Shown here one piece after another: positions 1 to 9,422 of a stretch of 64,000 nt of DNA (its first letter is position 1; each line of letters opens with the position of its first letter). The DNA is taken from contig CAVRCI010000013.1 in assembly GCA_963719495.1 (NCBI GenBank), positions 352,001 to 416,000 of the forward strand. The letters run 5' to 3'. A program made the translations under genes and the position numbers. The stretch comes from an uncultured Verrucomicrobiae bacterium. Lineage in GTDB: Bacteria > Verrucomicrobiota > Verrucomicrobiia > Chthoniobacterales > JAATET01. Below the pieces are notes generated by a model. It had not been told where the DNA came from and searched no databases. It saw only the letters and a list, made by a program, of their open reading frames with translations.

Positions 1-3000
1 GGTTCGGTGCGGTAGGCGTCCGCCTGGCCGGCGGAGCGGATGTATTCGGCGTTGACGGTGAGGATGACGTCCCGGATGCGGATGAGCTTGCGCATGACCG
101 CCACCAAGTCCTCGAGTTCGCGGGCGGAGTAGCTGCCTTCGAGTTCGATTCCCTCCGATTCGTCGCCGGAGGCCATTGCGATGATGCCGAGGATGTCGGT
201 GCGGGAGCGGGTCGCGAGGGGGTTGAGGAGGGCGTTGGAGGTGAGGGCGTTTTCGAGGTAGCTGAGTTTGAAGGCGTCAAGGTTGGCGCCGGTGGCGAGG
301 TCGCCGAGATTGTAGGTGTCGGCGCGGTTGGCGAGCATGTCGGGGATGCGGAACTTTTCGCCGCTCTCGGTGTAGGGGTTGCCGGCCATGACGACGGCGA
401 CTTTGCGTCCGCGCAGGTCGTAGGTGCGAGCCTCTCCATTGTGGACGCCTTCGATGCGGCGCTGGCCGTCGCAGAGGGAGATGAACTTCTGGAGGAACTC
501 CGGGGCGCAGTGCTGGATGTCGTCGAGGTAGATCATGACGTTGTCGCCCATCTCGAAGGCGAGGTTCAATTTGATCAATTCCTCGCGCGACGCGGCGTTC
601 GGGGCTTCGGCGGGATCGAGGGAGGTGACGGCGTGGCCGATGGACGGGCCGTTGATCTTCATGAAGACGACGCCGAGGCGGTTGGCGACGTATTCCATGA
701 GGGTCGTCTTGCCGTAGCCGGGGGGCGAGACGAGGAGGAGGAGGCCCATGCGGTCGGTCCGGGTGTTCTCCCCGGCGGTGCCCATCTGTTTGGCGAGGTT
801 CGCGCCGATGAGCGGGAGGAAGACGCGGTCGACGAGCTGGTTGCGGACGAAGGACGAGAGGACGCGGGCGGCAAATTGCTCGGGGCGGAGGCGGCGCCTG
901 GCGTCGTCGACGGCGCGGCGCTTGGCGGCCTGGAAGCGCTCGAAGGCGGGGACGGTCTCGTCGGCGTGACGGCCGAGGCGGTCGATGAAGTCGAGGTAAT
1001 CGAGGCGGATGGTGCCGTTCTCGACGGTGGGGTGCTGGCCGAGGATGGGGGCGATCTGAGCCTCGAGCGTGACGTCGACGATCTCGGCGTTGTCGCGTTG
1101 GAGGAGGAGGACGATTTCGTCGCGGTAGCGGTTCTCTGGCCCGGCGGACGCGACGCGAGAGGGCGACGGACCCTTCGGCGAAGGGTCCCTACCGTGGGTG
1201 GGGGCTGCCAGGAATCCGCCCACCCAATCGCGCAGTATCTCAAAATCGTCGTCCACCGAAGCCCGGAGCGCGGCGAAGCGGTCGTCGGCCTTTTGCTCGG
1301 CGAGCGACTTGACGAACTGGCCGCGCAGCGATGCGGCGTCCTGACTGAAACGGAAGGTTTTGTCGCCGGTGAGGACGTCGAACAGATACGCGGCCGCGGC
1401 TGGCGCGGTCGTGGTGTCGAAGTGGGGGGCTTCGCGGCAGATGGCATCGAGGCGGGCGAGGTAGTCGGTCGGTCGGTTGCTCGTCGGGTAGAGCGCGCGC
1501 ATGGCGCCGAAGCTGGCGAGCTGCTGGCGGAGCGTTTCGTCGGGGTGCGCTTCCCACGCGACGACTCCGTGGGCGCGGGCGGGCGGGGCGTGGCGGAGGG
1601 TGCCGATGGACGCGTGAATTTCGGTTAATGCGGTGAGGATGAGGGTGGCGTCGTGGTCGTGGACGCCCTTGACGTAGCCTTCGGCGTAGCGGGGGGCCAT
1701 GAAGTCGGCGACCCATTCGGGGGACACGGTCGAGGGGGCGGGACGCCCCCTCCCCTCTTGATCCAGTGCGCGGAGGCACTGGTAGGCGAGGTATTCCGCG
1801 CGGTAGACGGTGGGGGATTCGGAGGGGACTTCGAGGTCCCAGTGGGGTTCGAGGGCGGTGAGTTCGGGGTCGGTGATGGGCGCGAAGTAACGGGTGCCGG
1901 TGAGGTGGATGGCGAGGTGGTCGGCGCGGCGGAGGACGGTGAGTTCGACGGGCTGGACGTTGACGTTGAAGTGGTGGGGGCCGAAGGCGATGACGTTGTC
2001 GCCGCCGACGAACAGTTCCCTTCTGTCGCGGAGTTGGCGGACGGCGTTTTCGCGGATTGTTTTGAGTTCGCTCTGGATGCCGTCGGCTTTAATGGGGTCG
2101 CCGAGGTCGAGGAGCTGGGTGACGACGTCGCGGAGGCGGTCGACCATTTGGTCGGAGGCGTAGAAGCCGTTGATCTCGGGGACGCCGGGGAGCGAATCGA
2201 CGCGGTGGGCGATGCTGTTGAGGAGCCGGTCGGCGACGGATTGGAGGGCGGTGGCGCGGCGGTTGCGGGCGTCGACGAGGGCGAGCTTCCGGGCCTCGAA
2301 GGCGCTCTGGATCTCGGTGCGCTTCTCGGTGAGCTGGATGAGGTATTCGTCGGTGTCGGCGAAGCGGCTCTCGAGTTCTTCGACCTGGACGAGGAGGCGG
2401 TTGAGGAGGTCGTCGCACTTGTCGGGGGTGTCGCAGCGCTCGATGGAATTTGCGACGGCCTGGCCGATGAGGCGGAGCTGGGCGGCGAATTGGGCGGCGT
2501 CTTCGGTGGCTCGGAGGTCGCGCAGGCGCTGGCGGAGGCGGGCGAGGATCTGGTTGAGGGTGGCGTAGATGGCCGAGATGCTCTCGACGATGCGGGTGGT
2601 CTGGGTGGCGTCGTCGATGCGGAGATTGCTGACGATCTCGATGAGGAGTTCGAGGTCGACGCCGGCTTGCTCGATGCAGGTCTCGAGGTCGCGGCCCTGG
2701 ACGACCTTTTCGACGGTGGCGGACTCGGCCGCGAGGGTGGCGGTTTTCTCGCGGTAGGGTTCGAGGGCTTCGTCGCGGAGGAGGAATTGGACGCAGTCCG
2801 CGGCGAGGGCGTCGGATTTTTCGGCTACGGCGGATTCGAACTCGGCGATGGAGTCGAGGTCGACGTAGCGGACGTCGCGGAGGGTGATGAGCTCGGCGCG
2901 GACGGTGCGGAGGTCGATGAGGGCGGCGACGTAGGCGTCGATGGACTGGAGGCTGCCGGGGATGAGGCCGTCGACGAGGGTGCGGGCGCGGGTGCCGAGG

Positions 3001-4538
3001 CGGTCGACCTCGGCGGCGGCGTGGCGGCGGAGCTCGAGGACTTTTTCGAATTCGTCGACGGTGCGGGCGGCGGCTTCGCGGAGGGCGGTGAGGGGCGCGG
3101 CCAGGTCGTGGGCCTCGGGGCTGTCGAGCCAGAAGTAGGCGTCGAGGAGGTCGCCAGCGCGCTTGCGGAGGTCGAGGTAGAGGCCGGCGTAGCTGTCGTC
3201 GCGGTGGAGGAGGGCGAGGATTTCGTGGGCCTCGGCCATGCAGCGGACGAGGGGGGCGTGGCCGATTTTGTAGAGGTAGGAGTCGGTGCGGGTGGCGGTC
3301 TCGTAGCCGGAGCCGGTGAAGGGGGTCTGCCAGATCTGGACGGTGTGGTGCTTCTGCGGCTCGGGGTCAGAGCGGAAGAGGGCGAGCTGGCCGTTGGCGA
3401 AGGTCGAGAAGCCGTTGCAGTGGATGGGGGTGTCGACGCGCTGGGTGATGACGTTGTAGGCCATGAGGACGTAGTCGCCGCGCTCACGGTTGTAGAAGAC
3501 GTAGAGGAAATCTTCGCGATTCGGCGACTGGATGCGGCGCTCGAAGAGCATGTCGGTCGAGTTGGCGTCGAAGAGTTTCAGCTCGCCGTTGCGGAGGTAG
3601 TAGCCGCGCGAGAAGATGATGCCGTGGTCGTCGGGGAGGAGGACGCAGGATTCCTCGATGGCGTCGACGCGGTGGATCTCGTCGAGCTTGTCGTTGAAGA
3701 CGAAGTAGCGCCACGCCTTCTCCTGGTAGGGGCGGATCCGGAGGAGGATGAGGTTGCCGAGGCTGGCGTAGAAGATTTCGGCGTCGTCGAGGGTCTGGTC
3801 GGGGTCGTCGACGGGTTCGCGGTAGAGGCCTTCGCCGGAGGTGGTGTTGTCCTCGATCTTGATCGTGAGGTCGCCGCCGATGCACTCGACGAAGAGGCGG
3901 TCGTCGACGGCGATGTGCGGGTGGACGCCGCCGCGGTGAAAGTCGCGGTGGGTGCGGGTCCACGTGAATTCGTGCTGGGGCGGGAAGATGAATTCGTGGT
4001 CGCTGCGGTTGCCGAGGTAGGTGAATTTGCCGTGGTCGAGCGCCCACTTGAAGGTCTTGATGTCGGTGATGCGGCCGCCGACGCGGAAGACCATGAAGAG
4101 GTGCGGGCCGATGAGGCCGAACTTCGCGAAGACGGTCTCGCGGTAGAATTTGAAGAGGCTCCGGAAGTCGTTCTGGAACTCGGGGTCGGCGAGGAAGTCG
4201 AGCGGGAGGGGGTGGAAGGTCTCGCCGGCCCATTCGAAGGCGGAGAAGACGTCGGCGAGTTGGGTCTCGGTGCGGAGGCCGAGGTGGACGTTGTAGCCGA
4301 GGAGGAAACGGTTGTCGCCGATGGCGACAAGGTCGCGGGGCAGGCAGTTGTTGTCGGTGGTGACGCGGTCGGTGGCGACGAGGGCGGTCTCGATGGAGCC
4401 GAAGACGGCCTGGCGGTCGGCGTTGAGGGCGTCGAGGCGGGTGCGGAGGTCGCGGCCGCAGTCGGTGAGGCGTTGGCGGAGGATCTCGTAGGTGCCGGTT
4501 TCGAGGGTTGGGGCCTCGGGTGGGGTTGGTGCCGGCAT
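1..4538 (-). CDS. Large AAA-type ATPase of the flotillin-associated ('DNA repair ATPase') family, 3' end runs off the window
   Basis: Not in the ORF track, presumably because its stop lies outside the window. ATG at 4538 gives MPAPTPPEAPTLETGTYEILRQRL. The Walker A segment MGLLLLVSPPGYGKTT (about 702-749) is in the same frame, followed by Walker B MIYLDDIQH (about 511-537). About 1510 codons visible; lies downstream of the flotillin gene. Confidence 0.85.
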   Translation of the reverse strand, partial: MPAPTPPEAPTLETGTYEILRQRLTDCGRDLRTRLDALNADRQAVFGSIETALVATDRVTTDNNCLPRDLVAIGDNRFLLGYNVHLGLRTETQLADVFSAFEWAGETFHPLPLDFLADPEFQNDFRSLFKFYRETVFAKFGLIGPHLFMVFRVGGRITDIKTFKWALDHGKFTYLGNRSDHEFIFPPQHEFTWTRTHRDFHRGGVHPHIAVDDRLFVECIGGDLTIKIEDNTTSGEGLYREPVDDPDQTLDDAEIFYASLGNLILLRIRPYQEKAWRYFVFNDKLDEIHRVDAIEESCVLLPDDHGIIFSRGYYLRNGELKLFDANSTDMLFERRIQSPNREDFLYVFYNRERGDYVLMAYNVITQRVDTPIHCNGFSTFANGQLALFRSDPEPQKHHTVQIWQTPFTGSGYETATRTDSYLYKIGHAPLVRCMAEAHEILALLHRDDSYAGLYLDLRKRAGDLLDAYFWLDSPEAHDLAAPLTALREAAARTVDEFEKVLELRRHAAAEVDRLGTRARTLVDGLIPGSLQSIDAYVAALIDLRTVRAELITLRDVRYVDLDSIAEFESAVAEKSDALAADCVQFLLRDEALEPYREKTATLAAESATVEKVVQGRDLETCIEQAGVDLELLIEIVSNLRIDDATQTTRIVESISAIYATLNQILARLRQRLRDLRATEDAAQFAAQLRLIGQAVANSIERCDTPDKCDDLLNRLLVQVEELESRFADTDEYLIQLTEKRTEIQSAFEARKLALVDARNRRATALQSVADRLLNSIAHRVDSLPGVPEINGFYASDQMVDRLRDVVTQLLDLGDPIKADGIQSELKTIRENAVRQLRDRRELFVGGDNVIAFGPHHFNVNVQPVELTVLRRADHLAIHLTGTRYFAPITDPELTALEPHWDLEVPSESPTVYRAEYLAYQCLRALDQEGRGRPAPSTVSPEWVADFMAPRYAEGYVKGVHDHDATLILTALTEIHASIGTLRHAPPARAHGVVAWEAHPDETLRQQLASFGAMRALYPTSNRPTDYLARLDAICREAPHFDTTTAPAAAAYLFDVLTGDKTFRFSQDAASLRGQFVKSLAEQKADDRFAALRASVDDDFEILRDWVGGFLAAPTHGRDPSPKGPSPSRVASAGPENRYRDEIVLLLQRDNAEIVDVTLEAQIAPILGQHPTVENGTIRLDYLDFIDRLGRHADETVPAFERFQAAKRRAVDDARRRLRPEQFAARVLSSFVRNQLVDRVFLPLIGANLAKQMGTAGENTRTDRMGLLLLVSPPGYGKTTLMEYVANRLGVVFMKINGPSIGHAVTSLDPAEAPNAASREELIKLNLAFEMGDNVMIYLDDIQHCAPEFLQKFISLCDGQRRIEGVHNGEARTYDLRGRKVAVVMAGNPYTESGEKFRIPDMLANRADTYNLGDLATGANLDAFKLSYLENALTSNALLNPLATRSRTDILGIIAMASGDESEGIELEGSYSARELEDLVAVMRKLIRIRDVILTVNAEYIRSAGQADAYRTE
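1168..1192 (-). repeat. GTAG-type REP palindrome inside the ATPase CDS
   Basis: Minus strand reads GTAG-GGACCCTTCG-C-CGAAGGGTCC; translated in frame as GRDPSPKGP. Confidence 0.65.
1732..1752. repeat. GGGCGTCCCGCCC-type REP hairpin inside the ATPase CDS
   Basis: gagggggcg-gga-cgccccctc; matches intergenic copies at 36741, 39136, 48897 and 50576. Confidence 0.6.
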
Positions 4539-4572
4539 TTTCAAAAGGAGTGGTGGGGTGACGGTGCGGTGA

Positions 4573-4686
4573 GGTGCGATCCCTTCGGGATCGATGATCG
4601 CGCATTCACCCGCCGTGTCCCCGGGGTGTCGTGGCCTAGCGGCCGACTCAACCCCGTGCTCCTGTGGATGCCATCCCTTCGGGATG
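4573..4686 (+). repeat. Three-hairpin repeat unit (family B), copy 1
   Basis: 114 bp beginning ggtgcgatcccttcgggatc; direct repeat of 5307-5420. Confidence 0.85.
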
Positions 4687-4747
4687 AGACGATCCCGGAG
4701 GGATCTGAGCCGCAGGAGCGCGGGATTGTGGCCCTTCGGGATGATGT

Positions 4748-4848
4748 GATCCCGGAGGGATTCCACCTGCGGGAGGCGGTGGTTGAGCGGAGCGACACCA
4801 CCGTGATACGGTCCGCCTCGAAAGGAATGCACCCCGGAGGGGTGCCAG
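4748..4848 (-). repeat. Family B repeat, diverged inverted copy directly upstream of the transposase
   Basis: gatcccggagggat...ggttgagcggagcgacacc...gcaccccggaggggtgc aligns by eye with the copy at 52652-52755. Confidence 0.7.
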
Positions 4849-4852
4849 CCCC

Positions 4853-5296
4853 GTGTCCACCTACCTGAGCCTCCATTACCACATCGTGTTTTCGACGAAA
4901 GGGCGGAAGCCCTGGCTCGCACCTTCGGTTCGCGTGCGGATGCACGAATACCTTGGCGGCACCGTGAAGGGACTCGGCGCCGAGACGCACGGGGTTGGCG
5001 GGACCGGGGATCACGTGCATTTGCTCGTTTCTTTGCGCGCGACTCATCGGTTGGCGGATTTCATGCGGGAGTTGAAGAAGGCGTCTTCCGCTTTCGCGAA
5101 GGAGGAATGCCGCCTGCCGGGATTCGCCTGGCAGGAGGGGTATTGCGCGATCACGGTGAGTCCGTCGGCGCGGCCTGCGGTTCACGATTACATCTCGCGG
5201 CAGGAGGAACATCACCGGACGCGGACGTTTCGCGAGGAGTTGGTCGAGGTGCTCGAGAAGGCGGGGGTGGCGTATGAGGATCGGTTTTTGGAGTGA
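4853..5296 (+). mobile_element. tnpA: IS200/IS605-like Y1 (HUH) tyrosine transposase flanked by palindromic repeats
   Basis: 147 aa with motifs HYHIVFSTK, DHVHLL (HUH), WQEGY and YISRQEEHH (catalytic Tyr). No tnpB. Lies antisense between the flotillin and ATPase genes. Confidence 0.9.
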
Positions 5297-5306
5297 ACGG
5301 GCGGTG

Positions 5307-5420
5307 GGTGCGATCCCTTCGGGATCGATGATTGGGTTGCGACGGTTTGCGTCCCCGGGGTGTCGTGGCCTAGCGGCCGACTCAACCCCGCGCTCCTGTG
5401 GGTGGGATGCCTTCGGCATC
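5307..5420 (+). repeat. Three-hairpin repeat unit (family B), copy downstream of the transposase
   Basis: 114 bp; hairpins and central segment near-identical to 4573-4686. Confidence 0.85.
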
Positions 5421-5422
5421 GT

Positions 5423-7350
5423 TTAGAGTTTGGTTGATTCCACGCCGAGGGTCTTGGCCTGGTGGAGGAGGTTTCCCAAGAAGGTGCGCTGCTCGAGGTC
5501 GTCGGTTTGGGCGATGAGCTTGCCAAGGGCGGCGGCGATGGTGAGGTTTTTCACGTCTTCGGTCTTGATGCCGAACTTTTTGATCAGGCCGTCGAGTTGG
5601 GCGCGGAAGTCGTCGGGGTCACCGGTGAGGAAGGTGTCTCGCACGTTGGTTAAGGTGCGGCTGTTGTCGACGAGGCGGTCGATGGCTTTGCCGTTCGTGA
5701 TCGCGCTGGTGATGCGGTCGAAGAATTGGGCTTCGCCTCCGACGATGTCGATTTTGGCGTATTTGAGGGCTTCGCCCAGGACGTAGGCCTGGTGCTCGGC
5801 GATGTCTTTGCGGACGTGGATGTTCGCCAGCTCGATCTCTTTTTCCTTTTCGAGTTCGAGTTTGAATTCCTCGTGCTCGCGGCCGACTCCGTCGAGGGCC
5901 TTCATGGACTCGGCTTTCTCGGCGATGCCTTTGGCCTCGGCGGCGTATTGCTTCTCGGCGGCGGCGGCTTTGGCCTCCATGACCTCGGCCTCCGCCAGGC
6001 CGCGGGCGGCTTCTTCGGCGCGGATGGCCTGGGTGAGGGTGCGGCGGGCTTCGGCTTGCTTGGTGGCGGCGGCTTGCTCCGCTTCGGCGGTGATGAGGAT
6101 CTCCTCGGCGTGCAGGGCGGCGGCTTGCTTGGAGGCTTCGGCGGCTTTGATGTCCTTGACGAGGGCTTGCTCGGCCAGCATCTCGGCGGCGGTGATCTCG
6201 ACCTTTTTCTTTCGGTCGGCGGCGGCGAAGGCTTCGGTGTCGTTGATTCGCTCCTGCTCTTCGACGGCGGCCTTTTCGACGACGAGGCGCTCGCGGATGA
6301 CGTCCTGGATGATCTTCTGCTCGGCTTCGACGGCTTTGTTCTTCTCGATGACCGCCAACTCGACGATGCGCTCGCGCTCGGTGACTTCGATGAGGCGGTC
6401 GCGCTCGACGCGCTCGGTCTCGATGGCGTCGGTGCGCTCCTTGTTCTTGCGGGCGACGATGACCTGGCGGGCTTTGTTTTCCTCGGCGATGGCGATTTCT
6501 TCCTCGGACTGGATGCGGGCTTGCTCGGAGCGGAGGAGTTGCTCGGCCTGGACCTTCTTGGATTCGGCCTGTTCGCGAGCGGTGACGATGGCGACTTCGC
6601 GGGCTTGTTTTTCCTCGGCTTCTTTTTGTTGGCGCTCGAGTTCGAGGATGGCTTCGCGGGCTTCGACGTCCTGCTGCTTGATGGTCTTCTCACGGTCGCG
6701 GTCGATGCGGTTGGCGAGGACCTTTTGGGCGGCCGTCAGCTCGGTGATCTTCTTGATGCCCTCGGAGTCGAGGATGTTGTCGGGGTTGAGGAGGTTGAGG
6801 GGGTCTGCTCGAGGTAATCGATGGCGACGTCTTCGAGGACGAAGCCGTTGAGGTCGTTGCCGATGAGCTTGATGATGTCGTCCTTGAGGAGCTCGCGGGA
6901 GTTATAGAGTTCGACGAACTCGAACTGGCGGCCGACCGTTTTGAGAGCTTCCGAGAAATTGGCGTCAAAGAGTTCGATCATGGCCTCCTGACTGGAGGCG
7001 CGGACGCAGCCGATGGATTGGGCGACTTTGAGGACGTCCTGGCTGGTCTGGTTGACGCGGACGAAGAAGGCGACCTTGATGTCGGCGCGCATGTTGTCCT
7101 TGCAGATGAGTCCGAACTGGCCGTGGCGGTCGATTTCGACGCGCTTGACGGAGATGTCGATGAACTCGGCCTTGTGAATGACCGGGAGGACGACGATGCC
7201 AGAGAACGCGACCTTGGTGCCGCCGAGGCAGTTGCGGACGAGGGCCTGGCCGTGGTCGACCTTCCGGTAGCACCGGACGATCATGATGATGAATCCGAAG
7301 AGGACTAAGAGGACGAATGCGCCGATGAGGACGCCGAGTGAAGTGATCAT
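5423..7350 (-). pseudogene. Flotillin/SPFH (YqiK-like) protein with a 1-bp frameshift (real lesion or sequencing error)
   Basis: N-terminal TM segment plus SPFH domain (6736-7350 ORF) and C-terminal coiled coil (5423-6358 ORF). Adding one C to the run at 6799-6803 restores DYLEQTPLNLLNPDNILDSEGIKKITELTA and a protein of about 642 aa. Confidence 0.8.
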
Positions 7351-7378
7351 GGTGAGTGGAAGGGTTATTGGTTGGTGG

Positions 7379-7963
7379 TTATTGGTCTAGGCTGGATGCG
7401 GTGACGGGGCGGACGAGGTAAGTGCTGGTCGCCGGGTCGCCGCTGACGATGAGGGCGGTGGTGCCGAGGGGGAGGCTGGTGCCGTCGTGGGTGCGGATCT
7501 GGACGGTGAGCGGCGCGCCGTCGGAGGCGACTTCGCCCTGGCCGTAGGTGGCGTTGGCTTCGCGGGTGCGGACGACGCAGGTCTGGCCGACGAGGGTGCG
7601 GTCGGTGGGATTCGGGGCGTTGAGGAGGCGGAAGACGCCGCGCAGGGGCATCGTGGCGTAGCGGGTGACGACGGTGCTGATGAGGAAGGCGGGGACGAGG
7701 TAGCCGAGTCCGAGGAGGATGGAGGCGGACGGGTTGAGGTAGGTATTCGCCAGGATGCCGCAGACCCACGTGGTGAGGTTGAGGGTGGAGAGGATGACGA
7801 GGAGTGGGACTTCGCCGACGTTGAGGAAATGGAGGTAGCTGCCGAGGGGGCCGGGGGTGGCGTCGAGTTCGGCGTCGGCGTCGGAGAGGTCGAAGATGCC
7901 GAAGCTGACGAGGATCCAATAGCCGGCCAGGCCGAGGAGGATGACGGTGAACGGGAGGGTCAC
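7379..7963 (-). CDS. YqiJ/NfeD-like membrane protein with C-terminal OB-fold, flotillin partner
   Basis: Several TM segments, FLNVGEVPL motif, C-terminal GQTCVVRT...YGQGEV. Immediately upstream of the flotillin gene. True start may be near 7996. Confidence 0.75.
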   Translation of the reverse strand: MTLPFTVILLGLAGYWILVSFGIFDLSDADAELDATPGPLGSYLHFLNVGEVPLLVILSTLNLTTWVCGILANTYLNPSASILLGLGYLVPAFLISTVVTRYATMPLRGVFRLLNAPNPTDRTLVGQTCVVRTREANATYGQGEVASDGAPLTVQIRTHDGTSLPLGTTALIVSGDPATSTYLVRPVTASSLDQ

Positions 7964-8118
7964 CGGGAAGAGGGAGGCGGTGAGGAGTTCGGTCTTAGCG
8001 TTTTCGGTTTTAAGCGGGATAGGTGGTTTGTGCTTTTTAAATTTTCGTGTTTTTTTTCAGCACTTTTGGGGTGGGGCGTGGAGGGTGAGGGGTTTGACGC
8101 TTCGCGTTTGGGGAGGAG

Positions 8119-8166
8119 GCTCCGAGCTGGAAGCTCGAAGCGGCGGGCTGGAAGCCCGCGGTCCCC
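8119..8166 (-). repeat. Family A REP (double CTTCCAG hairpin)
   Basis: gctccgagctggaagctcgaagcggcgggctggaagcccgcggtcccc; same family as the repeats in and around alaS. Confidence 0.9.
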
Positions 8167-8215
8167 GGCGCTGCGCGCTTGTGAAGGTGAGGATTTTGTG
8201 GGTTTGCTGACCTTT

Positions 8216-8716
8216 ATGCAGGATTCGCACGTGGTGCTGAGGGAGGCTTTCGAGGTCGTGGGGCCGAAGGCGATTGCGGCGGAACTCGGGGTGTCGCTTT
8301 CCATCGTTTATAAATGGATGCAGGTGGCTGGGGAGGGGCAGAGCGGGACGAAGAATCCGCTGGATCGGATTGCCGTCGTGATGCGGCTGACGAAGGATCC
8401 GACGATCGTTCAGTGGCTCTGTCACCAGGCGGGGGGGGTTTACGTGGAGGATCCGAATGGGGGTGGCGTTTGCCAGGAGCTGATTCCGGCGACGACGGAG
8501 ATCATTCAGAAATTTGCCGACATGATGTCGGTCATCGCGACGGCGGCGGCGGACGGGCAGATTTCGGAGGTGGAATCGCGCGGGGTGCGTCAGCGTTGGG
8601 TGGAGCTGAAGACGGTGACGGAGGGGTTCGTGCGGTGCTGCGAGCAGGGGCACTTCGGACCGCTGCGGGAGGCGACGCGGAAGCCGCTGAAGGAGATCGA
8701 GGGGGAGTTGTGCTAG
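8216..8716 (+). CDS. Phage regulatory CII-like HTH protein
   Basis: ATG at 8216; KAIAAELGVSLSIVYKW helix-turn-helix, NPLDRI motif, C-terminal ADGQIS..E helical region; 166 aa. Confidence 0.65.
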   Translation: MQDSHVVLREAFEVVGPKAIAAELGVSLSIVYKWMQVAGEGQSGTKNPLDRIAVVMRLTKDPTIVQWLCHQAGGVYVEDPNGGGVCQELIPATTEIIQKFADMMSVIATAAADGQISEVESRGVRQRWVELKTVTEGFVRCCEQGHFGPLREATRKPLKEIEGELC

Positions 8717-8916
8717 GCGGCGGGCGCGGCGGAGGGGGACTCCTTTGAATAAGCGCTAAACTGGCGGGCTCGATCGTTGAGAAGCTCGATGACGGCGATT
8801 TTTTTCGCAAAGGGAAGGGCGCGAAATTTGCGGTGTTGATCGAGGCGCGCTCCCTCGAACGTGCAGGTCGACCAGTCGATGGTGGGGTCCGTGAAAAGAT
8901 CAGCGTCGGTTTTCAT
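8713..8916 (-). CDS. Small hypothetical protein, putative partner of the adjacent nucleotidyltransferase
   Basis: 67 aa MKTDADLFTDPTIDWSTCTFEGARLDQHRKFRALPF...; overlaps the end of the nucleotidyltransferase. Confidence 0.55.
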   Translation of the reverse strand: MKTDADLFTDPTIDWSTCTFEGARLDQHRKFRALPFAKKIAVIELLNDRARQFSAYSKESPSAAPAA

Positions 8917-9416
8917 AGCTTCCGTCTCGAATGAACTCCAATTCCTCGACGTCGGCAAGGTCGCGCTGGCGACCGGCGGAGCGCTTCATCGCGAGAAGTG
9001 AATCGAATTGGAGGAAGCGCACCGGGATGTCGGTGTCGACCTGTTGGATGAAGGCGGCGGTGTATTCCGCTTCGAAGTCGAATGGCTCGGTGACGAAAAT
9101 ATCAAGCGGACTGTGTTGGTGCCGATCGCTCCAGAATTTGAGCACGATCATGTGCTTTTCGAGTCGGAGACGCTCGCGGGTTTCCGCGTTGCCAAATTGC
9201 TCGGCGCTGACCGGAACAGCGGGATGGTAGTCGACGGAATCGAGGGCGGCGAATGCTCGCGCGACAGTTTCGGAATCGAGTCGGATGACCACGTCGGATG
9301 TCGTCGGTGAGGCGTCCGTAGCCATGAGCCACAACGGCTAAACCGCCGACGACTATGAATCGAACGTCGGCGTCGTGAAGCGCTCTGGCGACGGCATAAA
9401 AAGCGTTCGTGATCAT
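8900..9416 (-). pseudogene. Pol-beta-like nucleotidyltransferase with a 1-bp frameshift
   Basis: FIVVGGLAVVAHGYGRLTDDI in one frame continues as DVVIRLD...LDIF...MKRSAGRQRDLADVEEL in another. One extra base at 9296-9297 breaks the TxDxD motif. Confidence 0.75.
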
Positions 9417-9422
9417 CGGTGA

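Noticed and set aside
4573..4848. CRISPR array
   Set aside because: The repeated hairpins are irregularly spaced, vary in orientation, lack unique equal-length spacers and have no cas genes nearby.
441..4868. Long plus-strand ORFs of 395 and 1071 aa
   Set aside because: Antisense shadows of the minus-strand ATPase, which has clear Walker motifs.
7994..7996. AAG in place of an expected ATG start (would give MTELLTASLFPV) for the YqiJ-like gene
   Set aside because: Cannot be separated from a sequencing error or a genuine GTG start at 7963 without reads or orthologs.
8216..8716. Prophage suggested by the CII-like regulator
   Set aside because: No integrase, structural or replication phage genes in the window.
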